Assembly (NCBI GenBank): GCA_963663865.1
Contig: OY760686.1
Span: forward strand, 1,760,001-1,824,000
Length of the DNA: 64,000 bases
Direction: 5' to 3'
Source: Spirochaetota bacterium
GTDB lineage: Bacteria > Spirochaetota > UBA4802 > UBA5550
Shown: positions 47,536 through 56,259 of the stretch, one piece after another
How the letters are laid out: each line of letters begins with the position of its first letter
How positions within the stretch are numbered: the stretch's first letter is position 1
Made by a program: the position numbers and the translations under genes
Notes under the pieces: model-generated
Told to the model about the DNA's origin: nothing
The model's database searches: none
The model's input: only the letters and a program-made list of their open reading frames with translations

Positions 47536-49176
47536 TTGATAATGCTGTACGTAAACAATGTATCTCTGTCATTTGGCGGCAGAGTCCTTTTTAAAGATGT
47601 CAACATAAAGTTCAGGCCCGGAAACTGCTACGGTCTGATCGGAGCAAACGGCGCAGGCAAGTCTACCTTCCTCAAGATAATTTCCGGTGAACTGGAGCCG
47701 GGCGAAGGTGAAGTCCTTACCGACCCGGGTGAGAGAATAGCTATTCTGCGTCAGGACCACTTTGCCTTCGACGAGTATACAGTTCTGGATACGGTCATCA
47801 TGGGGCATGCGGAGCTTTTCGATGTTCTGAGAGAGCGGGACGAGATATACAGCAAGGATGATTTCTCTGATGAAGATGGCATCAGAGCCTCCGAGCTTGA
47901 GGAGAAGGTCGCTGAGATGAACGGGTACGACGCTGAGGCCGACGCTGCTATTCTTCTTTCTGGACTTGGCGTCGATGATTCACTTCACACGAAGAAGATG
48001 AAGGAGCTTGAAGGCGGTGAGAAGGTAAAGGTGCTTCTTGCGCAGGCTCTTTACGGAAACCCCGATATCCTTCTTCTCGATGAGCCTACGAACCACCTTG
48101 ACCTTGAGTCGGTATCGTGGCTGGAGGAGTTTCTGATTGATTTCAAAAACACGGTAATTGTAGTCAGCCACGACAGGTACTTTCTTAACAGGGTTTGTAC
48201 ACACATAGCCGACATCGATTACGCTAAGATAATGGTGTACTCCGGCAACTATGCCTTCTGGCAGGAGGCAAGCCAGCTCGCGATGAAGCAGAAAAAAGAG
48301 GAAAACCGCAAAATTGAGGAAAAGCGAAAGGAGATTCAGCAGTTTGTTGAACGTTTCTCTTCAAACGCGTCGAAGGCGAAACAGGCAACGGCCCGCAAGA
48401 AGCTGCTGGATAAGCTTGTGGTAGAGGAGATTCATGCATCGTCGAGAAAATACCCCTTTATCGAGTTTAAACCGGACAGGGAGTGCGGACGTTCAATTCT
48501 CCGGATTGAAGGCCTGACAAAGTCAATCGAAGGCGAGCAGCTCTTCAAAGGCCTTGAGCTTGTGGTCAACAAGGGCGACAAAATTGCATTTCTGTCATGG
48601 AGCCATGTAGTACAGACAGCTCTCTTTAAAATCCTTACGGGTGAGATGGAGCCGGACAGCGGGTCATATACCTGGGGCGAGACAATTACACAGGCCTATA
48701 TCCCCAGGGAGAATTCTGATATCTTTGACAGCGATATGAGCATTCTTCAGTGGATCAGGCAGTACACCGAGAGTACTGACGAGAGCTTCGCGCGCGGTTT
48801 TCTGGGCAGAATGCTCTTCTCCGGCGATGAGTCGCTTAAGGGGCTTTCCGTTCTTTCGGGTGGTGAGAAGATGAGATGCCTGATCGCCAGGTCCATGCTT
48901 TCAGGCGCGAACGCCCTCATCTTTGACGACCCGACCAATCACCTTGACCTGGAAACAATCACTTCGCTCAACAACGGGCTTGCCAGGTTCCCGGAGATTG
49001 TTCTGTTTACTTCGCATGACCATGAGTTCATTAACACTGTCGCTAACCGAATTGTTGAGATTACACCTCACGGAGTCATTGACAGGATGATGAGCTTTGA
49101 CGACTATCTCGCCAGCGAAGATGTCAAAAAGCTGCGTGATGATATGTACAAGGGCCATGTAAGGCTTTCACTGTAG
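47536..49176 (+). CDS. ABC-F ATPase (YbiT/YkpA-like)
   Basis: Two ABC domains with no TM: 'GANGAGKSTF', 'LDEPTNHLD', linker 'FSSNASKAKQATARKK', 'LSGGEKMR', 'DDPTNHLD'. Confidence 0.92.
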   Translation: MIMLYVNNVSLSFGGRVLFKDVNIKFRPGNCYGLIGANGAGKSTFLKIISGELEPGEGEVLTDPGERIAILRQDHFAFDEYTVLDTVIMGHAELFDVLRERDEIYSKDDFSDEDGIRASELEEKVAEMNGYDAEADAAILLSGLGVDDSLHTKKMKELEGGEKVKVLLAQALYGNPDILLLDEPTNHLDLESVSWLEEFLIDFKNTVIVVSHDRYFLNRVCTHIADIDYAKIMVYSGNYAFWQEASQLAMKQKKEENRKIEEKRKEIQQFVERFSSNASKAKQATARKKLLDKLVVEEIHASSRKYPFIEFKPDRECGRSILRIEGLTKSIEGEQLFKGLELVVNKGDKIAFLSWSHVVQTALFKILTGEMEPDSGSYTWGETITQAYIPRENSDIFDSDMSILQWIRQYTESTDESFARGFLGRMLFSGDESLKGLSVLSGGEKMRCLIARSMLSGANALIFDDPTNHLDLETITSLNNGLARFPEIVLFTSHDHEFINTVANRIVEITPHGVIDRMMSFDDYLASEDVKKLRDDMYKGHVRLSL

Positions 49177-49182
49177 GGGAAA

Positions 49183-50991
49183 ATGGCTCTCATAAATCTT
49201 CAGAATATAACGCTGTCGTTTGGAGGGCCGACGCTCCTTGACGGGATCGATCTGCAGATACAGCCGGCAGAGAGAATTTGCCTGCTCGGAAGAAATGGCG
49301 CGGGCAAGTCCTCTCTAATGCGCATCATTTCGGGGGAGATGGAACCTGACTCCGGTGAAATTGTGCGTGAAAAGGGATCAACAGCAGCCTTCCTTCCCCA
49401 GGATGTTCCTGAAGACATACGGGGGACAGCCTTTGAGGTCATTGAGTCCGGACTATACGGCGATTCGGCCCTGGACATGATGTATCATAAGGACGAGATG
49501 AAGATGAAGCTCCAGGCTGAAAAGACGCTCTCTCTTCTCTCGATGGACGGGTCGCTTGTCTTTGAGAACCTTTCAGCAGGCATGAAGAGAAGGGTGCTTC
49601 TCGGAAGGGCCCTGGTGCGCGAACCTGACATCCTGCTTCTTGATGAACCTACTAACCACCTTGACATCGAGTCGATATCGTGGCTCGAAGAATTTTTATT
49701 CAGATATAAAACCTCTGTTTTTTTTGTCACGCATGACAGGTCATTTCTTCAAAAGACCGCCGACCGAATCATAGAGCTTGACCGGGGTAAGCTTGCTGAC
49801 TGGAAATGCGATTACGCAACATTTTTAAAACGAAAGGAAGCGATGCTCGAAAACGAGGAGACACACAACGCCCTCTTCGATAAAAAGCTTGCTCAGGAAG
49901 AGGCCTGGATCAGACAGGGGATTAAGGCCAGACGTACCCGGAATGAGGGCCGCGTCAGGGCCCTTGAACAGATGAGGAAGGAGAGGGCCGAAAGGCGGGA
50001 CATGCAGGGCCGTGTCAAGATGAGCCTCAACAGCGCTGAACGCTCAGGCAGACTCATAGCTGAGGCTGAGAATATCTGCTTTTCTTACGGTGACAGCGAT
50101 ATCATTACTTCGTTTTCAACGGTCATACAGAGAGGGGACCGCGTGGCTGTGATGGGCCCGAACGGATGCGGGAAAAGCACTCTTGTTAAACTTCTTCTGG
50201 GTGAGTTAAGCCCTATTTCCGGTTCCGTAAGGCTCGGAGAGCGTATTGAGTACGCATATTTCGATCAGCTGAAATCGACCCTTGACCCTGAGAAGACTGT
50301 AAGAGAAACAGTCGAGGAAGCAGGAGAGACGGTGACTATAAACGGCAGGGACAGACATGTGATAGGCTACCTGCAGGATTTTCTGTTTTCGCCTGACCGT
50401 GCCCGGGTAAAGGTTGCATCTCTTTCGGGAGGTGAAAAGAACAGACTCCTGCTGGCAAAGCTCTTTGCCAGGCCAGCTAATCTGCTTATTCTTGATGAAC
50501 CGACAAACGATCTAGACCTCGAAACCGTTGAGCTTCTCGAAGAGCTTCTTTCTGAATACAGCGGCACAATCATACTTGTCAGTCACGACAGGGCCTTCGT
50601 AAACGCCGTAGCGACAAGCACTATCGTATTTGAAGGCGAAGGCTTAATTAGAGAGTATGCCGGCGGATACGACGACTGGCTGTATCAGAGAAAAAATGAA
50701 ACAGCTCCGCAGCCGCAGAAGGAGAAAAAAGGCCGGGAGAAGAAAACAAAGGAAAAGACAAAGCTGAGCTTTCGCGAGAAAAAGGAGCTTGAAGAGATAC
50801 CGGCCCTTATAGATAAGAAGGAATCTGATAAATCAGACCTTCTGCAGAAGATGTCCGATCCGGAACTGTTCCGGGAAGGAAGCGGAGTGAATTCCCTGCG
50901 TGGTGAATATGAAAACCTTGTAACAGAACTTGAGGCTCTTTACACAAGATGGGAAGAGCTTGAGAATATGAAGGCGGAGTACGGAGAATGA
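49183..50991 (+). CDS. uup: ABC-F ATPase Uup
   Basis: 'LAQEEAWIRQGIKARRTRNEGRVRAL', two ABC cassettes, C-terminal coiled coil 'KLSFREKKELE...YTRWEELE'. Confidence 0.9.
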   Translation: MALINLQNITLSFGGPTLLDGIDLQIQPAERICLLGRNGAGKSSLMRIISGEMEPDSGEIVREKGSTAAFLPQDVPEDIRGTAFEVIESGLYGDSALDMMYHKDEMKMKLQAEKTLSLLSMDGSLVFENLSAGMKRRVLLGRALVREPDILLLDEPTNHLDIESISWLEEFLFRYKTSVFFVTHDRSFLQKTADRIIELDRGKLADWKCDYATFLKRKEAMLENEETHNALFDKKLAQEEAWIRQGIKARRTRNEGRVRALEQMRKERAERRDMQGRVKMSLNSAERSGRLIAEAENICFSYGDSDIITSFSTVIQRGDRVAVMGPNGCGKSTLVKLLLGELSPISGSVRLGERIEYAYFDQLKSTLDPEKTVRETVEEAGETVTINGRDRHVIGYLQDFLFSPDRARVKVASLSGGEKNRLLLAKLFARPANLLILDEPTNDLDLETVELLEELLSEYSGTIILVSHDRAFVNAVATSTIVFEGEGLIREYAGGYDDWLYQRKNETAPQPQKEKKGREKKTKEKTKLSFREKKELEEIPALIDKKESDKSDLLQKMSDPELFREGSGVNSLRGEYENLVTELEALYTRWEELENMKAEYGE

Positions 50992-53132
50992 TAGACACTG
51001 AAAAGGAAAGATATGCCTCGAAGATATCCTCGGAAAGCGGCATCCCTCTCCGGGGGGCGGCAGCAGTTATTGAGCTTCTTGATTCTGACGCCACAGTTCC
51101 TTTTATCGCACGCTACCGCAAGGAGGCAACCGGTAGCCTTGACGAAGTGGCGGTTGCGCTCATAAGGGACAGGCTTGCCGAACTCAGGGAGCTCGACGCG
51201 CGTAAAGACTACATCATCAAATCACTTGAGAAGAACGGCCATCTGAACGACGAGCTGGAAGCAGCTGTGATGTCAGCAGACACTATGAACGAGCTTGAAG
51301 ACATATATCTGCCATACAGGCCCAGGAGACGTACAAGGGCCCAGATTGCGAGAGAGAAGGGGCTTCAGCCCCTGGCGGAAATTATTTTTGAACAGGGCGG
51401 CGCCGATCCAGTATCAGCCGCTTCTGATTACATTAACAGCGAGCTCGGTGTGGAAGACGCGGAACAGGCGCTGGCCGGAGCTTCAGATATTATCGCCGAA
51501 ATGGTGAGCGAGAACAGCGAGGCGAGGGCCGCCATGCGTGATCTGTATGCGCGTGAATCGAACTTCTCATGCTCTGTAATATCCGGCAAGGAAGAGGAGG
51601 GCCAGAAGTTCAAAGACTACTTCGAATGGAATGAGCCGATCAGCAAAGCCCCGTCGCACAGAATTCTCGCTGTAATGAGGGGAGAATCTGAGGGTATACT
51701 TTCAGTAAAGATAAATCCGGATGAGGATTCCTCATTGAGAATACTGGAGGGTATGTTCGTCAGGGGAAACAGGGCAGACAGCGAATTTGTAAGAAGCGCG
51801 GTCAGCGACAGCTACCGTAGACTGCTTGGCCCCTCTATGGAAAACGAGGCAAGAGCTGTCTGCAAAATGAAGGCTGACGCCGAAGCTGTCCGTGTATTCG
51901 CGACAAACCTCAGAGAGCTGCTGCTTGCTGCCCCGCTCGGCGGCAGGGCCGTAATGGGAATAGACCCGGGTTTCAGGACGGGGTGTAAAGTAGTGTGTCT
52001 TGACCCGCAGGGCAAGCTCCTCTCATACGACACTGTTTTCCCGGGAATGAACCAGCAGCGTGACGCTGAAGCCGTTAGGAAGCTTACAATACTTGCTGAA
52101 AAACATGGGATTGAGGCTATAGCCGTGGGAAACGGTACGGCTGGACGTGAAACTGAAGCCTTTGTTCGCGGAATTGATTTTGGTAGAAATATTATCATTA
52201 CTCAGGTCAATGAAAGCGGTGCGTCAATTTATTCCGCTTCAGAGGCTGCCCGCGAGGAGTTCCCCGATCTTGACCTGACTGTGCGGGGCGCGGTTTCAAT
52301 AGCGAGACGCTTAATGGACCCTCTGGCTGAACTTGTTAAGATTGATCCCAGGTCGATAGGCGTTGGGCAGTACCAGCATGACGTAAATCAATCATTGCTA
52401 AAACAGACTCTCGATGATACGGTCATCAGCTGCGTTAATGCTGTCGGGGTCGATGTTAACCGGGCGAGCGCAAGGCTTCTAACATACGTGTCAGGTCTTG
52501 GACCTGAGCTCGCCGCTAACATAATCAGATACAGGGATGATAACGGGCCTTTTCGAAATAGAAATGAGCTGAAAAAAGTAAAGAGGCTCGGCCCTAAGGC
52601 CTTTGAACAGTGCGCCGGATTTCTCAGAATTACTGACGGAGACAACATACTTGATTCAAGCGCGGTCCACCCGGAGAGCTATCATATCGTTGAAAGAATG
52701 GCCGCAGACATGAATTGCAGCGTTCTTGATATGATTAAAAAGGATTCGGTCAGAAAGGGCATATCAATAAAAAATTATGTCGATGAGAAAATCGGACTGC
52801 CCACGCTTACAGACATTATGAATGAGCTGGTCAAACCGGGCCGCGATCCGAGAAGCGAGTTTAGCGTCTTTCAGTTCGCTGAGGGCGTAAATCAGATCGG
52901 CGATCTTGAAAAGGGGATGGTCCTTCCCGGTATAGTAACCAATGTCACTGCTTTCGGCGCGTTTGTTGATGTCGGGGTCCATCAGGACGGGCTGGTTCAT
53001 GTAAGCGAGCTTGCCGACACTTTTGTAAAGGATCCATCTTCCATTGTGAAGGTGCATCAGAGGGTGAGTGTCAGGATTTTAGATGTTGACATTAACCGCA
53101 AAAGAATATCATTATCTATGAAAACCAAATAA
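50988..53132 (+). CDS. tex: Tex-family RNA-binding transcriptional accessory protein
   Basis: 'ATVPFIARYRKEATG', 'DPGFRTGCK', 'GNGTAGRETE', 'NESGASIYSAS', 'SIGVGQYQHDV', S1 domain 'AFGAFVDVGVHQDGLVHVSE'. Confidence 0.96.
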   Translation: MIDTEKERYASKISSESGIPLRGAAAVIELLDSDATVPFIARYRKEATGSLDEVAVALIRDRLAELRELDARKDYIIKSLEKNGHLNDELEAAVMSADTMNELEDIYLPYRPRRRTRAQIAREKGLQPLAEIIFEQGGADPVSAASDYINSELGVEDAEQALAGASDIIAEMVSENSEARAAMRDLYARESNFSCSVISGKEEEGQKFKDYFEWNEPISKAPSHRILAVMRGESEGILSVKINPDEDSSLRILEGMFVRGNRADSEFVRSAVSDSYRRLLGPSMENEARAVCKMKADAEAVRVFATNLRELLLAAPLGGRAVMGIDPGFRTGCKVVCLDPQGKLLSYDTVFPGMNQQRDAEAVRKLTILAEKHGIEAIAVGNGTAGRETEAFVRGIDFGRNIIITQVNESGASIYSASEAAREEFPDLDLTVRGAVSIARRLMDPLAELVKIDPRSIGVGQYQHDVNQSLLKQTLDDTVISCVNAVGVDVNRASARLLTYVSGLGPELAANIIRYRDDNGPFRNRNELKKVKRLGPKAFEQCAGFLRITDGDNILDSSAVHPESYHIVERMAADMNCSVLDMIKKDSVRKGISIKNYVDEKIGLPTLTDIMNELVKPGRDPRSEFSVFQFAEGVNQIGDLEKGMVLPGIVTNVTAFGAFVDVGVHQDGLVHVSELADTFVKDPSSIVKVHQRVSVRILDVDINRKRISLSMKTK

Positions 53133-53153
53133 TTCTTTTCTTCTGGAGGGAAT

Positions 53154-53414
53154 ATGCATATTCAGTCTCTGCTGCTTTTTCTGCTGATAGGAGCCATAGC
53201 TGGATGGCTTTCCGGCCTTATTACAAGGGGAGGCGGCTTCGGAATCGTGTGGAATGTCATCATCGGAACGATTGGCGCCCTCATCGGCGGTTTTCTGTTT
53301 AAGTTCTTTGAGATAAGGGTCAGCGGATTCATCGGTTCGCTTATTACAGCCACAGCCGGCGCGATTATTCTGCTCATGCTGATAGGGCTGATGCTGAAGA
53401 AGAGAAGGCGCTGA
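53154..53414 (+). CDS. GlsB/YeaQ/YmgE (transglycosylase-associated) membrane protein
   Basis: 'LIGAIAGWLSG...GGGFGIVWNVIIGTIGALIGG...GSLITATAGAIILL'. GGAGG RBS. Confidence 0.9.
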   Translation: MHIQSLLLFLLIGAIAGWLSGLITRGGGFGIVWNVIIGTIGALIGGFLFKFFEIRVSGFIGSLITATAGAIILLMLIGLMLKKRRR

Positions 53415-53467
53415 CCTTTCGCTGATATTATAATCCGCCATATATGGCGGTTCGGATTAGAGGGGAA

Positions 53468-53872
53468 ATGAAGCATAAAGGTTCATGTCTTTGCGGTATT
53501 ATACAATATGAGATAACAGGGATATTTGAAGATTTCTTTTTCTGTCACTGTAAATCATGTCGTAAAGATACTGGTTCAGCTCATGCTGCAAATCTTTTTT
53601 CCAAAACAGCAAAATTAAAGTGGTTGAGTGGAGCGGAAGAAATAAAAACATATAACCATAATAATTCAGGTCACATAAAGAGCTTTTGTCCTATCTGCAG
53701 TTCCGCACTGCCAAATATTCAAATGAATGGTAAACTATTAGTTGTACCTGCGGGAAGTCTGGATACAGATATTGATATAATTCCTACTGGTCATATCTAT
53801 TTGAATGAAAAAGCCAACTGGGATGACAATCTCGAAAAGTATCCACATTATGATGAGTTACCTGCAGAATAG
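53468..53872 (+). CDS. GFA/Mss4-like zinc-binding protein
   Basis: 'HKGSCLCG', 'CHCKSCRK', 'FCPICSS'. GAGGGG RBS before ATG 53468. Confidence 0.92.
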   Translation: MKHKGSCLCGIIQYEITGIFEDFFFCHCKSCRKDTGSAHAANLFSKTAKLKWLSGAEEIKTYNHNNSGHIKSFCPICSSALPNIQMNGKLLVVPAGSLDTDIDIIPTGHIYLNEKANWDDNLEKYPHYDELPAE

Positions 53873-53917
53873 AATGTGTAGAAGTTCTAAACTAACCGGG
53901 ATTTCGAACTCCCTCAT

Positions 53918-54217
53918 AATCAGGAAATTTGTAGCCTCCATTAGGAGGTAAATATGAAATATTCGAAAGGATTTAAAAGAAACGTAGTAAGAAAGTTGCT
54001 TAAACCGAACCCGCCAACGGTTCAGGAGTCCCTCTATGTCAACATAGATGTCGCCTAAAATATTTAGGAGAAAGCTATGAAATACAGTCGAAGGATGAAA
54101 GAATCAGTATTGCGGAAGGTATTGCCTCCTGAGAATCGGAGTGTTCCTGATGTAGCCACAGAAATGGGTATATCAGACCAGACAATTTATAACTGGAAAC
54201 AATTCCCATTTGAGTGA
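53918..54217 (+). mobile_element. Two tandem truncated IS3-family left ends (IRL plus orfA 5' fragments)
   Basis: Fragment 1 (ATG 53954) MKYSKGFKRNVVRKLLKPNPPTVQE. Fragment 2 (54077-54217) MKYSRRMKESVLRKVLPPENRSVPDVATEMGISDQTIYNWK, HTH_Tnp_1-like. Each has TAGGAG and an IR-like motif upstream (TGTCAACATAGATGTCGCC at 54037). Confidence 0.75.
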
Positions 54218-54389
54218 AGCTAAACACACAACGGAAAACAAATACTCAGAACTTGATAGAGCCTCACTCGACATTGTTAGAATGATAGATGAAAAAGCTG
54301 CAAAAAAAATGAGGTGTTCAGATATAAAATCAATTCGAATCAGATTGTAATGATTTGTTTTTAAATGAAAAATATTTTTTGGAGGGTTT

Positions 54390-54728
54390 ATGAAAGTATT
54401 GTATTTATCGATTGTGTCGCTCGCTTTAATCACATCCTGTTCCGGTGTTGTTGATGTTACCTGCAGCGGTCATGTTTATGATGAAGAAACAGCTGCCCCT
54501 CTACAGGGAGTAGAAGTTACTTTAGATGGGCATGATATTGTTACATTGTACACCGATGAATCAGGCTACTTTAAAGGAAAAGGCCATGCAATAACAGATT
54601 ATGTAAATAATGAAATATTAACTCTATATTTTAATAAAAACGGTTATCAACAAGCAATGATAGATATCATGGATTCTGGTGATAAAAAAACTGGTCTGGA
54701 AGTGTATCTGTACCCGTATTCATATTGA
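54390..54728 (+). CDS. Small lipoprotein with carboxypeptidase-regulatory-like beta-sandwich
   Basis: Lipobox 'LITSC'. 'SGHVYDEETAAPLQGVEVTL...TDESGYF...FNKNGY'. GGAGG RBS. Confidence 0.8.
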   Translation: MKVLYLSIVSLALITSCSGVVDVTCSGHVYDEETAAPLQGVEVTLDGHDIVTLYTDESGYFKGKGHAITDYVNNEILTLYFNKNGYQQAMIDIMDSGDKKTGLEVYLYPYSY

Positions 54729-54804
54729 AGATTTAAACATAAAAATTTAAAAATAAGCCCTGGTACCGGTTATTCTTTATTTCGGAAGCTGTTAGATTCT
54801 TTGC

Positions 54805-54870
54805 TGTCAACACCGATTGTCAACTTGAATAGATTTTGCCGCTTTTCACCGATTTAAATTTGCCGGTTTT
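54805..54870 (+). mobile_element. Orphan IS21-family-like terminal repeat
   Basis: TGTCAAC at 54805 and 54818, then two 24-bp tandem units ACTTGAATAGATTTTGCCGCTTTT and CACCGATTTAAATTTGCCGGTTTT. No istA or istB follows. Confidence 0.5.
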
Positions 54871-55032
54871 GTGCAAAAGCCCCTTGATGACTTTGGGGAG
54901 AGCATAGCTAATTCAGTTACCGAAGGGCGCTATGTCTTAGATGAAAACCTGGAACAGACAATCTCAGAAGAAAGAATCCAGAATTCGTAAGTAGTGGGGC
55001 TGTCCTGGAAGTGGGAAGTACGTGGATTACAA

Positions 55033-56220
55033 TTAAAGGTATAGGACAGCCCCGGCAGAGATGGTGTAGCCTGAAAGCTCGGTGTTGAACGATGACCCTC
55101 TGCCGGTTTTAGTGATCCAGGAATCGTTAAAGACGTTAAAGACCCACGTGTATCCGGCAGAAAAAAACCACGAAACCGGGGAGGTGTACCTGTAAAGCAG
55201 GTCGACTGTAAAACCCGCGAAGGGTGAAGCGAAGGAATCGCTGACCTTCCCGCTGTTATCAGTCGGTAGAGGTTCTGCGAACAGGCTTGTGTTGATATGC
55301 CTGTAATTGTAACTCATGGAGAGATATCCCCCTTTTACTACCGGCCTGAAATAAAACTCGCTAAACGCTCTTATAATGTAGCCATATCCTATTGCGAACG
55401 ACGATGTGTATGTGTTTTTTATTTCAGATGAAATCTCATAGTTGCTTCCGTTGTGTTCGTATAGGGCGGAATCGTAGGAATACCATCCGCTGAATGGAGA
55501 ACGGATGTTGAATTCAGCTATAATGCTGTGATTCATCAGGACGTCGCAGATTAGACTCAGGCCTAAACCGTACTCATTTGATGCCGAAGGATTCTTATCG
55601 TAATTGAACAGCGACATCGAACCTGAAAATCGGATATAGGGCGTCCGGTAGTCGGGAGAATAGTTATCGATAAGGTACTGTTTGGAGGCCTCCGAGGCCT
55701 CAAGGAATGCAATCGTTTTATCAGAGTTGTAAAGTTGCGAGCCGGTTTTTGTGTCGTCGGCACGCAGAGCTATGGCTATTATATTTTTGTCCCTGGATAT
55801 TCTGCCGTATATTACAGCTGAAGCACCCGCGAGCGCACCCGCATGAGGAGCGAGCTTCGATGAAAACATGCCCTTATCGAAGATGTCCGGAAGGTCGAGT
55901 ATCTCTTCAAGAAGGCCTTCATCTGCGAGCTTAAAGTACCCGGCTGATTGTATTTTTTCTCGTAGAATTTCCCTCATAGCGGTAGCGACATTCCGCTCCT
56001 CTCTGGTCACTGCGCCTTCAATTGCTGCTATAGCTAGGACAGAGTTCTGTTTCAGGTTGTTTCGAAGAGTTTGTTCAGCAGCTGAAGCCTCATTGCTGAG
56101 AAATTTAACCATTATATTGGGTAGAGCCTTATCTCTTGTTTGATCTGCATATAATGTCTGTGGAACGGAGTTTGTCATTGCTGAAAAAAGAAGAAGCGGA
56201 AGAAAGAGTTTCATTATCAA
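55033..56220 (-). CDS. CsgG/FlgO/TolB-N-like domain fused to a C-terminal beta-barrel
   Basis: Signal peptide. 'GYFKLADEGLLEEIL...[15 protein letters not shown]...DTKTGSQLY'. Aromatic alternating strands ending 'YTISAGAVLYL'. Confidence 0.65.
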   Translation of the reverse strand: MIMKLFLPLLLFSAMTNSVPQTLYADQTRDKALPNIMVKFLSNEASAAEQTLRNNLKQNSVLAIAAIEGAVTREERNVATAMREILREKIQSAGYFKLADEGLLEEILDLPDIFDKGMFSSKLAPHAGALAGASAVIYGRISRDKNIIAIALRADDTKTGSQLYNSDKTIAFLEASEASKQYLIDNYSPDYRTPYIRFSGSMSLFNYDKNPSASNEYGLGLSLICDVLMNHSIIAEFNIRSPFSGWYSYDSALYEHNGSNYEISSEIKNTYTSSFAIGYGYIIRAFSEFYFRPVVKGGYLSMSYNYRHINTSLFAEPLPTDNSGKVSDSFASPFAGFTVDLLYRYTSPVSWFFSAGYTWVFNVFNDSWITKTGRGSSFNTELSGYTISAGAVLYL

Positions 56221-56259
56221 TCCTTTTTTTACCAGATATTGTTCACTTTAAAATCTTAA

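Noticed and set aside
54218-54350. Short open frame with 'YSELDRASLDIVR', faintly like a TonB C-terminal segment
   Set aside because: No start codon or RBS, and the similarity is too short to support.
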